Positions 37,926-46,367 of a DNA stretch of 46,367 nucleotides are shown piece after piece. Positions within the stretch are counted from its first letter, which is position 1. Every line of letters begins with the position of its first letter. The stretch is from Minisyncoccia bacterium (GTDB lineage Bacteria; Patescibacteriota; Minisyncoccia; Phycocordibacterales; PALSA-1337), in NCBI GenBank assembly GCA_044234345.1, contig JBIIIW010000003.1, forward strand, positions 1-46,367. The letters are read 5' to 3'. The translations under genes were made by a program, and so were the position numbers. The notes beneath the pieces are model-generated. The model was not told the DNA's origin and did not search any database. It saw only the letters and a list, made by a program, of their open reading frames with translations.

Positions 37926-40397
37926 ATGGCATTTTCAATCAAAAACATATTCGGAGATCCAAACAAAAAATTACTTAAGAAATACGAGCCTATAGTAGGC
38001 CTTGTAGCTTCATTTGAGCCTGCCATCTCTTCCCTATCAGACGAAGGTTTGAGAGCTAAGACTATTGAGTTTAAGGAGAGATTAGCTAAGGATGAGACTC
38101 TAGAGGGTATACTTCCTGAAGCATTTGCTGTAGTTCGTGAAGCATCTAAGCGCGTACTTGGACAAAGACACTTTGATGTACAGCTAATTGGAGGAGCGAT
38201 ACTCAATAGCGGTAGTATAGCTGAGATGCGTACAGGAGAAGGTAAGACTCTTGTTGCAACACTTCCTGCATATCTAAATGCATTAACTGGTAAGGGTGTA
38301 CATGTTATTACTGTAAACGACTACCTATCACGTCGTGATGCAGTTTGGATGGGACAGATATATAACTTCCTAGGACTTTCAACTGGAGTTATCAATCACG
38401 AAAGTTCATTTATATACGATCCATCACATACAGAAAAGGACAAAGAGAGAGATGAATTGGGATCATTTAAGGTGGTTCACGAGTATCTAAGACCGGTAAC
38501 TCGTAATGAGGCATACATGGCTGATATTACTTATGGTACTAACAATGAGTTTGGTTTCGACTATCTAAGAGACAATCTTGAATATGATTCTAATTCTCTA
38601 CGTCAGAGAGAGTGGAACTATGCAATTGTGGATGAGATTGACTCAATATTGATTGATGAAGCACGTACTCCCCTAATCATCTCTTCCCCTACTACAGATT
38701 CTGAGAATTTATATCAGATATTTGCATCTATGGTTAAAGACTTCAACAAGGACGAAGACTATACTGTAGACGAGAAACAGAGAAGTATTTCTCTAACTAA
38801 TAGCGGTATATCTAAGGCTGAAAAGAAGTTAGGTGTTGAGAATATATATACAGAGAAAGGTATTAAGTATGTTCATCATCTAGAGACTGCTGTTAAGGCC
38901 AAGGCATTGTTTAATATCAACACTGAGTATGTTATCAAAGACAACAGTATAGTTATCGTTGATACATTTACAGGTAGACTACAACCTGGACGTAGATGGT
39001 CAGATGGTCTACATCAGGCAGTTGAGGCGAAGGAAGGTGTATCAGTTCAGAAAGAAAGTAGAACATTTGCATCTATTACCTTCCAGAACTACTTCAGACT
39101 ATACAAGAAACTATCAGGTATGACAGGTACTGCAAGTACTTCTTCTGAGGAATTCTACAAAGTGTACGGTCTTGAGACTGTTACTGTTCCTACAAACAAA
39201 GGTATACAGAGAGTTGATCATAATGATTTAATATTCCAAACAGAAGTTGGTAAGTTTAAGGCTATTGCACGCAAGGTTAAGGAATTGAACAAGCTTGGAC
39301 AGCCTGTGCTAATTGGTACAGTATCTATTGAGAAGAATGAAGTGCTATCAGAATTCCTTAAGGCTGAAGGTGTACCTCATGAAGTACTTAATGCTAAGAA
39401 TCACGAGAGAGAGGGAGAGATTGTCGCTCAAGCTGGTAAGAAGGGTGCTGTAACCATAGCTACAAACATGGCTGGTCGTGGAGTGGATATTAAGCTTGGA
39501 GGTAATCCTGGTTCCCCTACCCTATACGAAGAAATTAAGTCTATTGGTGGACTATTTGTACTTGGTACAGAGAGACACGAAGCTCGTAGAATTGATAACC
39601 AGCTGAGAGGTAGATCTGGACGTCAGGGTGATCCTGGTGCAACACAGTTCTTCGTATCTCTAGAGGATTCTCTAATGAGAATATTTGCTTCTGATACTAT
39701 CAAGAACCTTATGGGTAAGCTTGGTGTTGCTGAAGATGAAGCTATCGAGAACAGTATGATTACTCGCTCACTTGAAGGAGCGCAGACTAAGATTGAGGGA
39801 TTCAACTTTGATTCTAGAAAGCATGTTCTTGAGTATGATGATATTCTAAATCACCAAAGAAAGACTGTTTATGAGAGACGTAGAAATATACTTGTTGGTA
39901 GTTTAGATGTTGTTAATGAAAAGATTAATGAGGTTGTTGGGGACAATGAAGAAGCAAAGAAGGTTATTGCAGAGAAGATCAACCTACTTGGTAAGGACCG
40001 TTTCCTAACTGTTGTTCGTCAGCTTATGCTACAAGCTATAGATATGTTCTGGGTAGAGCATCTAGAGGTTATGGACTATACTCGTTCAAGTGTGAACCTT
40101 AGAGCGTATGGACAGAGAGATCCTCTAGTTGAATACAAGAAGGAAGGATTGAGATTGTTTAAAGAAATGCAATTAGCTATTAACTCTCAGATACTCAACC
40201 TTCTTCCTCATGTTGGTGGTGGTGTTGTAACTCAAGAAGCAGTACAACTTAAGGAAGTTCATGAGCAAGCTCAGGTTATAGGTGATGGTGATGGTAGTAA
40301 CAAGCAAGTGGAAGCACCTAAGAAGGCTGAAGTGGGTAGAAATGATGCTTGTCCTTGTGGATCTGGTAAGAAGTACAAGAAGTGTCATGGACAATAG
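37926..40397 (+). CDS. secA: Preprotein translocase ATPase SecA
   Basis: MRTGEGKT, DEIDSILIDEARTPLIIS, ATNMAGRG.DI, QLRGRSGRQGDPG, SEC-C GRND.CPCGSGKKYKKCH. Confidence 0.99.
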   Translation: MAFSIKNIFGDPNKKLLKKYEPIVGLVASFEPAISSLSDEGLRAKTIEFKERLAKDETLEGILPEAFAVVREASKRVLGQRHFDVQLIGGAILNSGSIAEMRTGEGKTLVATLPAYLNALTGKGVHVITVNDYLSRRDAVWMGQIYNFLGLSTGVINHESSFIYDPSHTEKDKERDELGSFKVVHEYLRPVTRNEAYMADITYGTNNEFGFDYLRDNLEYDSNSLRQREWNYAIVDEIDSILIDEARTPLIISSPTTDSENLYQIFASMVKDFNKDEDYTVDEKQRSISLTNSGISKAEKKLGVENIYTEKGIKYVHHLETAVKAKALFNINTEYVIKDNSIVIVDTFTGRLQPGRRWSDGLHQAVEAKEGVSVQKESRTFASITFQNYFRLYKKLSGMTGTASTSSEEFYKVYGLETVTVPTNKGIQRVDHNDLIFQTEVGKFKAIARKVKELNKLGQPVLIGTVSIEKNEVLSEFLKAEGVPHEVLNAKNHEREGEIVAQAGKKGAVTIATNMAGRGVDIKLGGNPGSPTLYEEIKSIGGLFVLGTERHEARRIDNQLRGRSGRQGDPGATQFFVSLEDSLMRIFASDTIKNLMGKLGVAEDEAIENSMITRSLEGAQTKIEGFNFDSRKHVLEYDDILNHQRKTVYERRRNILVGSLDVVNEKINEVVGDNEEAKKVIAEKINLLGKDRFLTVVRQLMLQAIDMFWVEHLEVMDYTRSSVNLRAYGQRDPLVEYKKEGLRLFKEMQLAINSQILNLLPHVGGGVVTQEAVQLKEVHEQAQVIGDGDGSNKQVEAPKKAEVGRNDACPCGSGKKYKKCHGQ

Positions 40398-40398
40398 C

Positions 40399-40809
40399 AT
40401 GATCAAATCTAGAAGTGCTGGTGGTGTTGTTATTAACACTAGAGGTGAGGTTTTGGTTGTAAACCAAAAAGGTATATCGTGGTCTCTACCTAAGGGCCAC
40501 ATAGAGAATGGTGAGGATGAGTTACAGGCAGCTATTAGAGAAATATATGAGGAATCAGGTGTTAAGGACTTGGAGCTCATTCGTAGACTTGGTAGCTATA
40601 CTAGATACAGGATTGGTAAGGATGGTAATGATATCAAAGATGAGTTAAAAGAGATTACTCTTTTCTTGTTTAAGACTAACGAACTTGAATTAAAGCCAAT
40701 TGATCCTGAAAATCCTCTGGCGGTTTGGGTAGACAAAGAGAAGATTACTGAGCTATTAACACACCAGAAAGACAAGGAGTTTTTTAATTCCATATTGAAG
40801 GATTTGTAA
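40399..40809 (+). CDS. NUDIX hydrolase
   Basis: SAGGVV, WSLPKGHIE.GE...AAIREIYEESG; start is the ATG 1 nt after the secA stop. Confidence 0.92.
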   Translation: MIKSRSAGGVVINTRGEVLVVNQKGISWSLPKGHIENGEDELQAAIREIYEESGVKDLELIRRLGSYTRYRIGKDGNDIKDELKEITLFLFKTNELELKPIDPENPLAVWVDKEKITELLTHQKDKEFFNSILKDL

Positions 40810-40824
40810 GGTTGCTGAATATAA

Positions 40825-40852
40825 AAAAGCCGCCAATGCATTGGCGGCTTTT
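40825..40852. terminator. Bidirectional terminator
   Basis: Perfect palindrome AAAAGCCGCCAATG|CATTGGCGGCTTTT between convergent genes. Confidence 0.9.
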
Positions 40853-40863
40853 GAGAGTAAAAC

Positions 40864-41481
40864 TCATTTCCAGTATGAAGATATTACCAGGAAAAGAATA
40901 GCTAAGATTGTTAACAACACAATGATGGATAGAAAAATTGACCTACTTCTTCCATCAGAGCTACGCAATTCATCCATGATGCAGGTATAGATGTGTATTC
41001 TTGCATACTCGATTGGAGGAATCATGTTTGGAGCGAACTGCTTAACAGGTCTTCCTTCAAGCACTCTTTCAAAATGCTCATCTTCGTCTTCATGATACAA
41101 AGTGCCGCTTATTGTTGCCCCACTTCGCTTTAGATCGGCGATTGTGTCATCCAAATTTCGGCCTTCTGATAGAAACTTGTCGATCTCAGCGTTTACGAAT
41201 TCTCCAGTTATATCAAATAGCCTGTCGTATACTTCTGGGCTATCAAGACGTTTGATAGTCCAATGCTGATGAAACTCAATAGTGAAGAGGTTTGGACTTC
41301 CCTCTATTTGTCCAACATATGGCAATTTCGTTGCCTGGATATTGAGTATTGCATCGACATCTTCAGCTGTGAGTCTCAACGCTATTCGCTTGAGCCTAAT
41401 CTCCTTCACGAATAGCTCTTTGACTTTACCGATTCCTCCGCAAACCCTCCATGAATATCTACGTGGTCTTCTGTATTTCAT
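40864..41481 (-). CDS. Orphan protein with XRE-like N-terminal segment and C-terminal TM helix
   Basis: IRLKRIALRLTAEDVDAILNI...YVGQIEG; tail IFLSIIVLLTILAILFLVISS. Confidence 0.7.
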   Translation of the reverse strand: MKYRRPRRYSWRVCGGIGKVKELFVKEIRLKRIALRLTAEDVDAILNIQATKLPYVGQIEGSPNLFTIEFHQHWTIKRLDSPEVYDRLFDITGEFVNAEIDKFLSEGRNLDDTIADLKRSGATISGTLYHEDEDEHFERVLEGRPVKQFAPNMIPPIEYARIHIYTCIMDELRSSDGRSRSIFLSIIVLLTILAILFLVISSYWK

Positions 41482-41508
41482 TTTGATTATCCTTTTTTGT
41501 CTAGGATA

Positions 41509-41537
41509 AAGCTAGCATATAATCTATATGCTTTCAA
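41509..41537 (-). promoter_or_regulatory. Promoter with palindromic spacer
   Basis: TTGAAA-17 bp-TAGCTT; AGCATATA-3 nt-TATATGCT fills the spacer. Confidence 0.55.
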
Positions 41538-41574
41538 ACAAACAACACCCCACCAGTACCCTAGATGGAGTGTT
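41536..41574 (-). terminator. Probable pyrG terminator
   Basis: AACACTCCATC-9 nt-GGTGGGGTGTT then GTTTGTTT. Confidence 0.6.
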
Positions 41575-41680
41575 ATCGTTACCACATGTAAATGTTATAA
41601 CCGACCGTATAACTATATAAGCGTATCAAAACGAGATGAAATCCGTATAAAATTTTGATAAAATCTAAATGAAATTTTTA

Positions 41681-43360
41681 TTAAGATTTTATCTTCTTTA
41701 TAGCCTTAATAAACTCGGTAAATAGTGGATGTGGTGCAAGTGGACGAGCTAGGAACTCTGGATGGAACTGTGTTCCCAAGAAGAATGGGTGTACTGATCT
41801 AGGTAGTTCAGCAATTTCCATAAGTGTTCCGTCTGGAGATGTTCCAGAAAATACTAGTCCTGCATTAACTAATCTCTCTACATACTCTGGATTAACCTCA
41901 TATCTATGTCTGTGTCTTTCCTCTATTGTACTTGATTTATATGCTTCAAAAGCTATTGTATTCTTTGCGATACTAGCAGTGTATGTACCTAGTCTCATGC
42001 TTCCTCCATAGTTCTTCTGTAATAGCTTTGCCTTCTGATCTGGCATTATATCGATAATTAAATGAGGTGCTTTAGGATTGATTTCTGCAGTCTGTGCACC
42101 ATCTAACTTAAGTACATTTCTTGCATACTCTATAGTCATTAATTGCATACCATAACATAGGCCGAAATATGGTATTTTGTTCTCTCTAGCATATCTAATT
42201 ACATTTAACTTCCCCTCTATACCCTTCTCTCCGAAACCTCCTGGAACGATAATACCATCGAATTTCTTTAGGCTGTCATAATCTGGATTAGATATTTCAA
42301 AATCATTTGCATTGATAGTGTATATCTTAGGCTTAACTTTCTGTGAATATGCTGAATACTTAATTGCCTCTAATACTGATACATATGCATCTGTTAGTAC
42401 GAAGTCTCCTGTACTGAAGTACTTACCTACAATAGCTATATTAACTTCTTTCTCCGTATTCTTAACTGAATTAGTAAACTTCTTCCAATGTGTTAATCCT
42501 GGACCCTTTCTCTTCTCAAGCTTAAGTAGCTTCATTACAATACCTCCAATATTATCTCTTTCGAAGTTTAATGGCACATCATACACACTATCTATATCTG
42601 GTGCTGAGATAACATTCTCTTCAGGTATATTACATGCAATACCAATCTTCTCTTTTCTCTTCTTGTCTACAAGCTTCTCTGAGCGTGCAATTATGATATC
42701 CGTATGTACTCCGTATCCAGCTAGCTGGTTTACAGCATTCTGTGTAGGTCTAGTCTTCATTTCTCCAATCTTTGAAGGTATTGGTAGATAGCTCACCATC
42801 ACAAAGATTACATCATCTGGATGTTTAATCTTAAGTACACGAGCTGCTTCGATGAACATAATGTTTTGATAGTCTCCAACTGTACCTCCGATTTCTATAA
42901 TTGAGATTTCGGAGTTATTAAGCTTTGCTGCATTCTCATATCTAGACACTATCTCATCACGAATATGTGGTACTGCTTCTACACACTTACCTCCAAATCC
43001 TAGATTACGTTCTTTATCGATAACATGTTTATATACCATACCTGATGTCATATAGTCTGTATGCATCAAATCTCTATTAAGGAATCTTTCGTAATTACCC
43101 ATATCCTGATCGGTCTCTAGTCCAGAATTCAAAACAAAAACCTCACCGTGTTCAGTGGGGTTCATTGTTCCTGCATCGACGTTTAGGTAAGGATCTACTT
43201 TAGCTAGATTTACATCAAATCCTTTAGCCTGTAGGAGTGTACCTAGGGAAGATGTAGCGATTCCCTTACCAACTCCAGACATTACTCCTCCGACGACAAA
43301 AATATACTTGTGATTCTTAGTTCTTCCTTTCTTTTCTTTCGTAACAGTCTTTCTTTTCAT
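41681..43360 (-). CDS. pyrG: CTP synthase
   Basis: GGVMSGVGKG, DPYLNVDAGTM.P.EHGEVFV, GLCYGMQ, ERHRHRYE, QFHPEF. Confidence 0.98.
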   Translation of the reverse strand: MKRKTVTKEKKGRTKNHKYIFVVGGVMSGVGKGIATSSLGTLLQAKGFDVNLAKVDPYLNVDAGTMNPTEHGEVFVLNSGLETDQDMGNYERFLNRDLMHTDYMTSGMVYKHVIDKERNLGFGGKCVEAVPHIRDEIVSRYENAAKLNNSEISIIEIGGTVGDYQNIMFIEAARVLKIKHPDDVIFVMVSYLPIPSKIGEMKTRPTQNAVNQLAGYGVHTDIIIARSEKLVDKKRKEKIGIACNIPEENVISAPDIDSVYDVPLNFERDNIGGIVMKLLKLEKRKGPGLTHWKKFTNSVKNTEKEVNIAIVGKYFSTGDFVLTDAYVSVLEAIKYSAYSQKVKPKIYTINANDFEISNPDYDSLKKFDGIIVPGGFGEKGIEGKLNVIRYARENKIPYFGLCYGMQLMTIEYARNVLKLDGAQTAEINPKAPHLIIDIMPDQKAKLLQKNYGGSMRLGTYTASIAKNTIAFEAYKSSTIEERHRHRYEVNPEYVERLVNAGLVFSGTSPDGTLMEIAELPRSVHPFFLGTQFHPEFLARPLAPHPLFTEFIKAIKKIKS

Positions 43361-43381
43361 GTTCGTATTGTATCAAATATT

Positions 43382-44335
43382 CTATACTCGTAAATACCTC
43401 TTTACGGCGAGGTAACTTGATATACCTCCCATTACTATTCCTGATCCCATTATTATCGCAAATATCTGACCTAGGTTTTGCATGAAGTAGCTTGAGAATA
43501 CATTTGCTAGTAGGGAGAAGTCATTTACTCCTTGTACTCCTGAGAACTTAACTATTAGTGCATCGCTATAGAATGCGAATACTCCGAGTATTACAAGTGT
43601 TAATAGTGATGATACGATTCCGTACATTATACCTGAAGTTACGAATGGTCCTCTGATGTATAGGTTTGATGCTCCAACCAACTTCATAACTGATATTTCA
43701 TCCTTAGCTGTAAAGATTATTAGACGTATTGTGTTGAATACGATAATTATTGCAATTATGATGAAGAGGACTGCAACTAGTGATCCTGCTCTTTCTGCTG
43801 CGGGGATTATTCTTCCCAATCGGTCGATAACTAACTTATTTTGGTTATAGTTAACCTTCTCTACAATACTTGTACCTTTAGATATTGAATTCTTACTATC
43901 TAGAAATGATGCTATTCCAGCATACTGTGATGGTTCCTTTGCCTTTATATTAAGTACAGCTGGGAATGGATTACTACCTATCTCATCTAATCCCTGCATT
44001 ATCAAAGCATTATCCTTCCACTTATCCTTAAAGTCAGCTAATGCTTGGTCTCTAGATACATACTCCACCTTATCTACTTCAGGTAATGCTTGTATTGTCT
44101 TTCTTAATGCAAATATCTCTGATTCTTGTGAATCTAGTGTAAAGTAGACGTTTATATCTACCTTATCCTTAACCTCCTTTATCAAAGCCCTACCGAATGC
44201 ACTACCAAATATTAGTGCTCCGAATACCGTAAGAGACAATGTTAGTACGATTACAGCAGAAAAAGAAAGGAAACCATTTCTCCAAAAGTTTATAAATCCT
44301 GTACGAACTATTCTTTTAAAATGTGTGAATATCAT
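43382..44335 (-). CDS. ftsX: Cell division permease FtsX
   Basis: Follows ftsE; NTIRL.I....EI.VMKLVGA....IRGPF. Confidence 0.93.
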   Translation of the reverse strand: MIFTHFKRIVRTGFINFWRNGFLSFSAVIVLTLSLTVFGALIFGSAFGRALIKEVKDKVDINVYFTLDSQESEIFALRKTIQALPEVDKVEYVSRDQALADFKDKWKDNALIMQGLDEIGSNPFPAVLNIKAKEPSQYAGIASFLDSKNSISKGTSIVEKVNYNQNKLVIDRLGRIIPAAERAGSLVAVLFIIIAIIIVFNTIRLIIFTAKDEISVMKLVGASNLYIRGPFVTSGIMYGIVSSLLTLVILGVFAFYSDALIVKFSGVQGVNDFSLLANVFSSYFMQNLGQIFAIIMGSGIVMGGISSYLAVKRYLRV

Positions 44336-44337
44336 AT

Positions 44338-45021
44338 TTATTTAATAACATACTTACCATTCTTATCATCTCTTACGACCCTACCCTTCTCCATAGTTAT
44401 TACTCTTCCTCCAACCTCATCTACAATACCCTTGTCATGTGTCGTAAGTAGTACCGTGGTTCCGAGTTTATGAATCTTCTGTAGGATCTTGATGATTTCA
44501 AGAGTATTGATTGGATCTAGATTACCTGTTGGTTCATCTGCAATTATTATATCTGGTTGAGTAACGATAGCACGAGCAATTGCTACTCTTTGTTTCTCTC
44601 CTCCTGATAGTTCATGGGGGAAATTCCATATCTTCTTACCAAGATCAACTAGTTCTAGAACATGTGGAACATCTGAAGCGATCTCGCTATCACTTCTTCC
44701 TGAAGCTTCCATTGCAAAAGCAATGTTCTCATATGCTGTCTTGTTAGGTATTAGTCTAAAGTCTTGAAATACAGTACCAATACGTCGTCTAAGCTTGTTC
44801 ATCTGCCCCTTACCGAGCTTGTGTATATTAGCTGATTCGAAGAATACTGCTCCATGACTTGGTCTATCCTCAGCAATTATCATCTTCATTAAAGTACTCT
44901 TTCCTGCACCTGAGTGACCTACTATGGTTACAAATTCATTAGGTTCAACGGCAAAGCTCACTTGATCTAGAGCGATTGATTCATCTGGGTATATCTTACT
45001 TACTTTATCGAAATATATCAT
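44338..45021 (-). CDS. ftsE: Cell division ATPase FtsE
   Basis: GHSGAGKST, LRRRIG.VFQDFRL, LSGGEKQRVAIARA, ADEPTGNLDP. Confidence 0.95.
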   Translation of the reverse strand: MIYFDKVSKIYPDESIALDQVSFAVEPNEFVTIVGHSGAGKSTLMKMIIAEDRPSHGAVFFESANIHKLGKGQMNKLRRRIGTVFQDFRLIPNKTAYENIAFAMEASGRSDSEIASDVPHVLELVDLGKKIWNFPHELSGGEKQRVAIARAIVTQPDIIIADEPTGNLDPINTLEIIKILQKIHKLGTTVLLTTHDKGIVDEVGGRVITMEKGRVVRDDKNGKYVIK

Positions 45022-45029
45022 GGGAGTAA

Positions 45030-45917
45030 TTATAGCATAGTTCTTTCTGCTACCAGAAATTCTTCCAAATCTCCTTCTAATACCTTATCTACCTGACTAG
45101 TCTCCACATTGGTTCTATGATCCTTCACCATCTTATACGGATGAAATACGTATGATCTTATCTGATTTCCCCACTCAATTGCTGTGCTCTTACTAACATA
45201 CATACCCTTTTCACGAGCAATTCTCTCATCTTCCATTTGCTTAAACAGCTTACCCTTGAGTATATCTATTGCCTTCTCTTTGTTCTGTGCTTGTGATCTT
45301 TCTGAAGTTACGTGTACTGATAGCCCTGTAGGTTTATGCACTATGCGAACCGCAGTCTCTCTCTTGTTTACATTCTGTCCTCCTGGTCCTCCTGATTTAG
45401 CTATTGATATCTCTATATCCTTTTCTGGTAGTTCCAAATCTGCACTATTAACCTTCTCAAATTTAGGTATAACTTCAACCATTGAAAAAGAAGTATGTCT
45501 TAGTTGTTTTGCATTAAATGGAGATATTCTAACTAGCCTATGTACTCCACTTTCATTCTTAAGTGTTCCATACACGTCCTTACCAGATATCTCAATTGTA
45601 ATATTTCTATACCCTCCGTGATCATTTGTATTCTCATGTATTAACTCCATTCCCCAACCTTTGTTCTCCGCTAACTTTCTATACATTCGATACAGTATGG
45701 CTGAGAAGTCTTCAGCGTCATCTCCTCCTGCACCTGAGAATATTGTCATTATTGCATTACCCTTATCGAATTTCCCTATACCGGACAATACATCCTTTAG
45801 TTCCTGTAATTCCTTTATCATCCCCTGTGCTTTCTGAGGATTAGACCAGAAGTCACTAGCTTCCATAGCTGTCTCTATCTCAGTTATCCTATCTTGAGTC
45901 TTTTGTTTTGAGTCCAT
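45030..45917 (-). CDS. prfB: Peptide chain release factor 2, shortened form
   Basis: [11 protein letters not shown] (SPF), GPGGQNVNK (GGQ), WGNQIRSYV; prfB-ftsEX gene order. Confidence 0.93.
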   Translation of the reverse strand: MDSKQKTQDRITEIETAMEASDFWSNPQKAQGMIKELQELKDVLSGIGKFDKGNAIMTIFSGAGGDDAEDFSAILYRMYRKLAENKGWGMELIHENTNDHGGYRNITIEISGKDVYGTLKNESGVHRLVRISPFNAKQLRHTSFSMVEVIPKFEKVNSADLELPEKDIEISIAKSGGPGGQNVNKRETAVRIVHKPTGLSVHVTSERSQAQNKEKAIDILKGKLFKQMEDERIAREKGMYVSKSTAIEWGNQIRSYVFHPYKMVKDHRTNVETSQVDKVLEGDLEEFLVAERTML

Positions 45918-45943
45918 GGCAATATGTTATCACAAATGATATT

Positions 45944-46195
45944 TTAAATCGCTTTTTCTCTCTTAAGTATCTTTATCTTATTACCCTCTCCTCTGTTATA
46001 CCCTCCAGTCTTACCATCACTTCGTATTACTCTATGACAAGGTATTTTAGGATCATAATTCTTGTTTAATATATTACCCACCGCACGGCATGCTTTTGCA
46101 TTACCTGCTTTTACGGCAACTTGTTTGTAGGTCAAAACACTACCCTCAGGGATTTTAGCAACTACGTCATATACTTTCTGGGTAAATGTTTTCAT
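45944..46195 (-). CDS. Single-domain MGMT/Ogt family alkyl-DNA repair protein
   Basis: IPEG.V.TY..VA, RAVG, IPCHRV with active Cys. Confidence 0.92.
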   Translation of the reverse strand: MKTFTQKVYDVVAKIPEGSVLTYKQVAVKAGNAKACRAVGNILNKNYDPKIPCHRVIRSDGKTGGYNRGEGNKIKILKREKAI

Positions 46196-46215
46196 TTGTC
46201 TATATTATCACAAAG

Positions 46216-46241
46216 AAAAAGGCCTCCGGAAGGGAGACCTT
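46216..46241 (-). terminator. Intrinsic terminator
   Basis: AAGGTCTCC-CTTCC-GGAGGCCTT-TTT. Confidence 0.75.
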
Positions 46242-46265
46242 GAAAGGGTGGGTGGTTGCTTGTAA

Positions 46266-46367
46266 TCACCTGGATTGGAAGAATAAGTTGTGTCGTCCTT
46301 TCCAGGCAAACCAATCGTGTGCTAATTTTTTGAACCCGTAACTCGGGCTGTGTGCAGAGTCACGATT
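46266..46367 (-). CDS. 3' end of a gene entering from the right edge
   Basis: Open frame ...NRDSAHSPSYGFKKLAHDWFAWKGRHNLFFQSR* followed by a terminator. Confidence 0.5.
   Translation of the reverse strand, partial: NRDSAHSPSYGFKKLAHDWFAWKGRHNLFFQSR

Noticed and set aside
40282-40398. N-terminal extension of the NUDIX ORF overlapping secA
   Set aside because: ORF-caller extension; the NUDIX fold starts at ATG 40399

Overview
AT-rich, very compact bacterial chromosome segment using the standard genetic code (TGA is used as a stop). Gene content and style point to a Patescibacteria/CPR (Parcubacteria-like) genome; this is inference. Most genes are on the minus strand. Housekeeping genes: tgt, gatB, obgE, cyclophilin, NrnA-like DHH, msrA/msrB, DEAD-box helicase, ABC-F, murB, secA, pyrG, ftsE/ftsX, prfB and tRNA-Gln(CUG). 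These are mixed with two large surface proteins (LamG+FN3, cut by the left edge and missed by the ORF track; a 1219-aa ELWxxDGT-repeat protein), small regulator-target modules (Zur-like/YibE-F/ZIP, HxlR/DUF5069, wHTH-degenerate-NUDIX), a MacAB-like ABC system, deletion-scar remnants, and solitary orphan genes with their own promoter and terminator. No CRISPR array, integrase, transposase or phage module was seen. Main non-standard signals: (1) about 22 genes have a -10 box only 6-8 nt before the ATG and no Shine-Dalgarno, suggesting leaderless mRNAs; (2) against that background, two ~98-nt structured leaders stand out: a 31-position hairpin burying the SD and AUG of murB, and a multibranch RNA with three abutting hairpins upstream of an orphan gene next to tRNA-Gln; (3) a shortened RF2 with no frameshift cassette.
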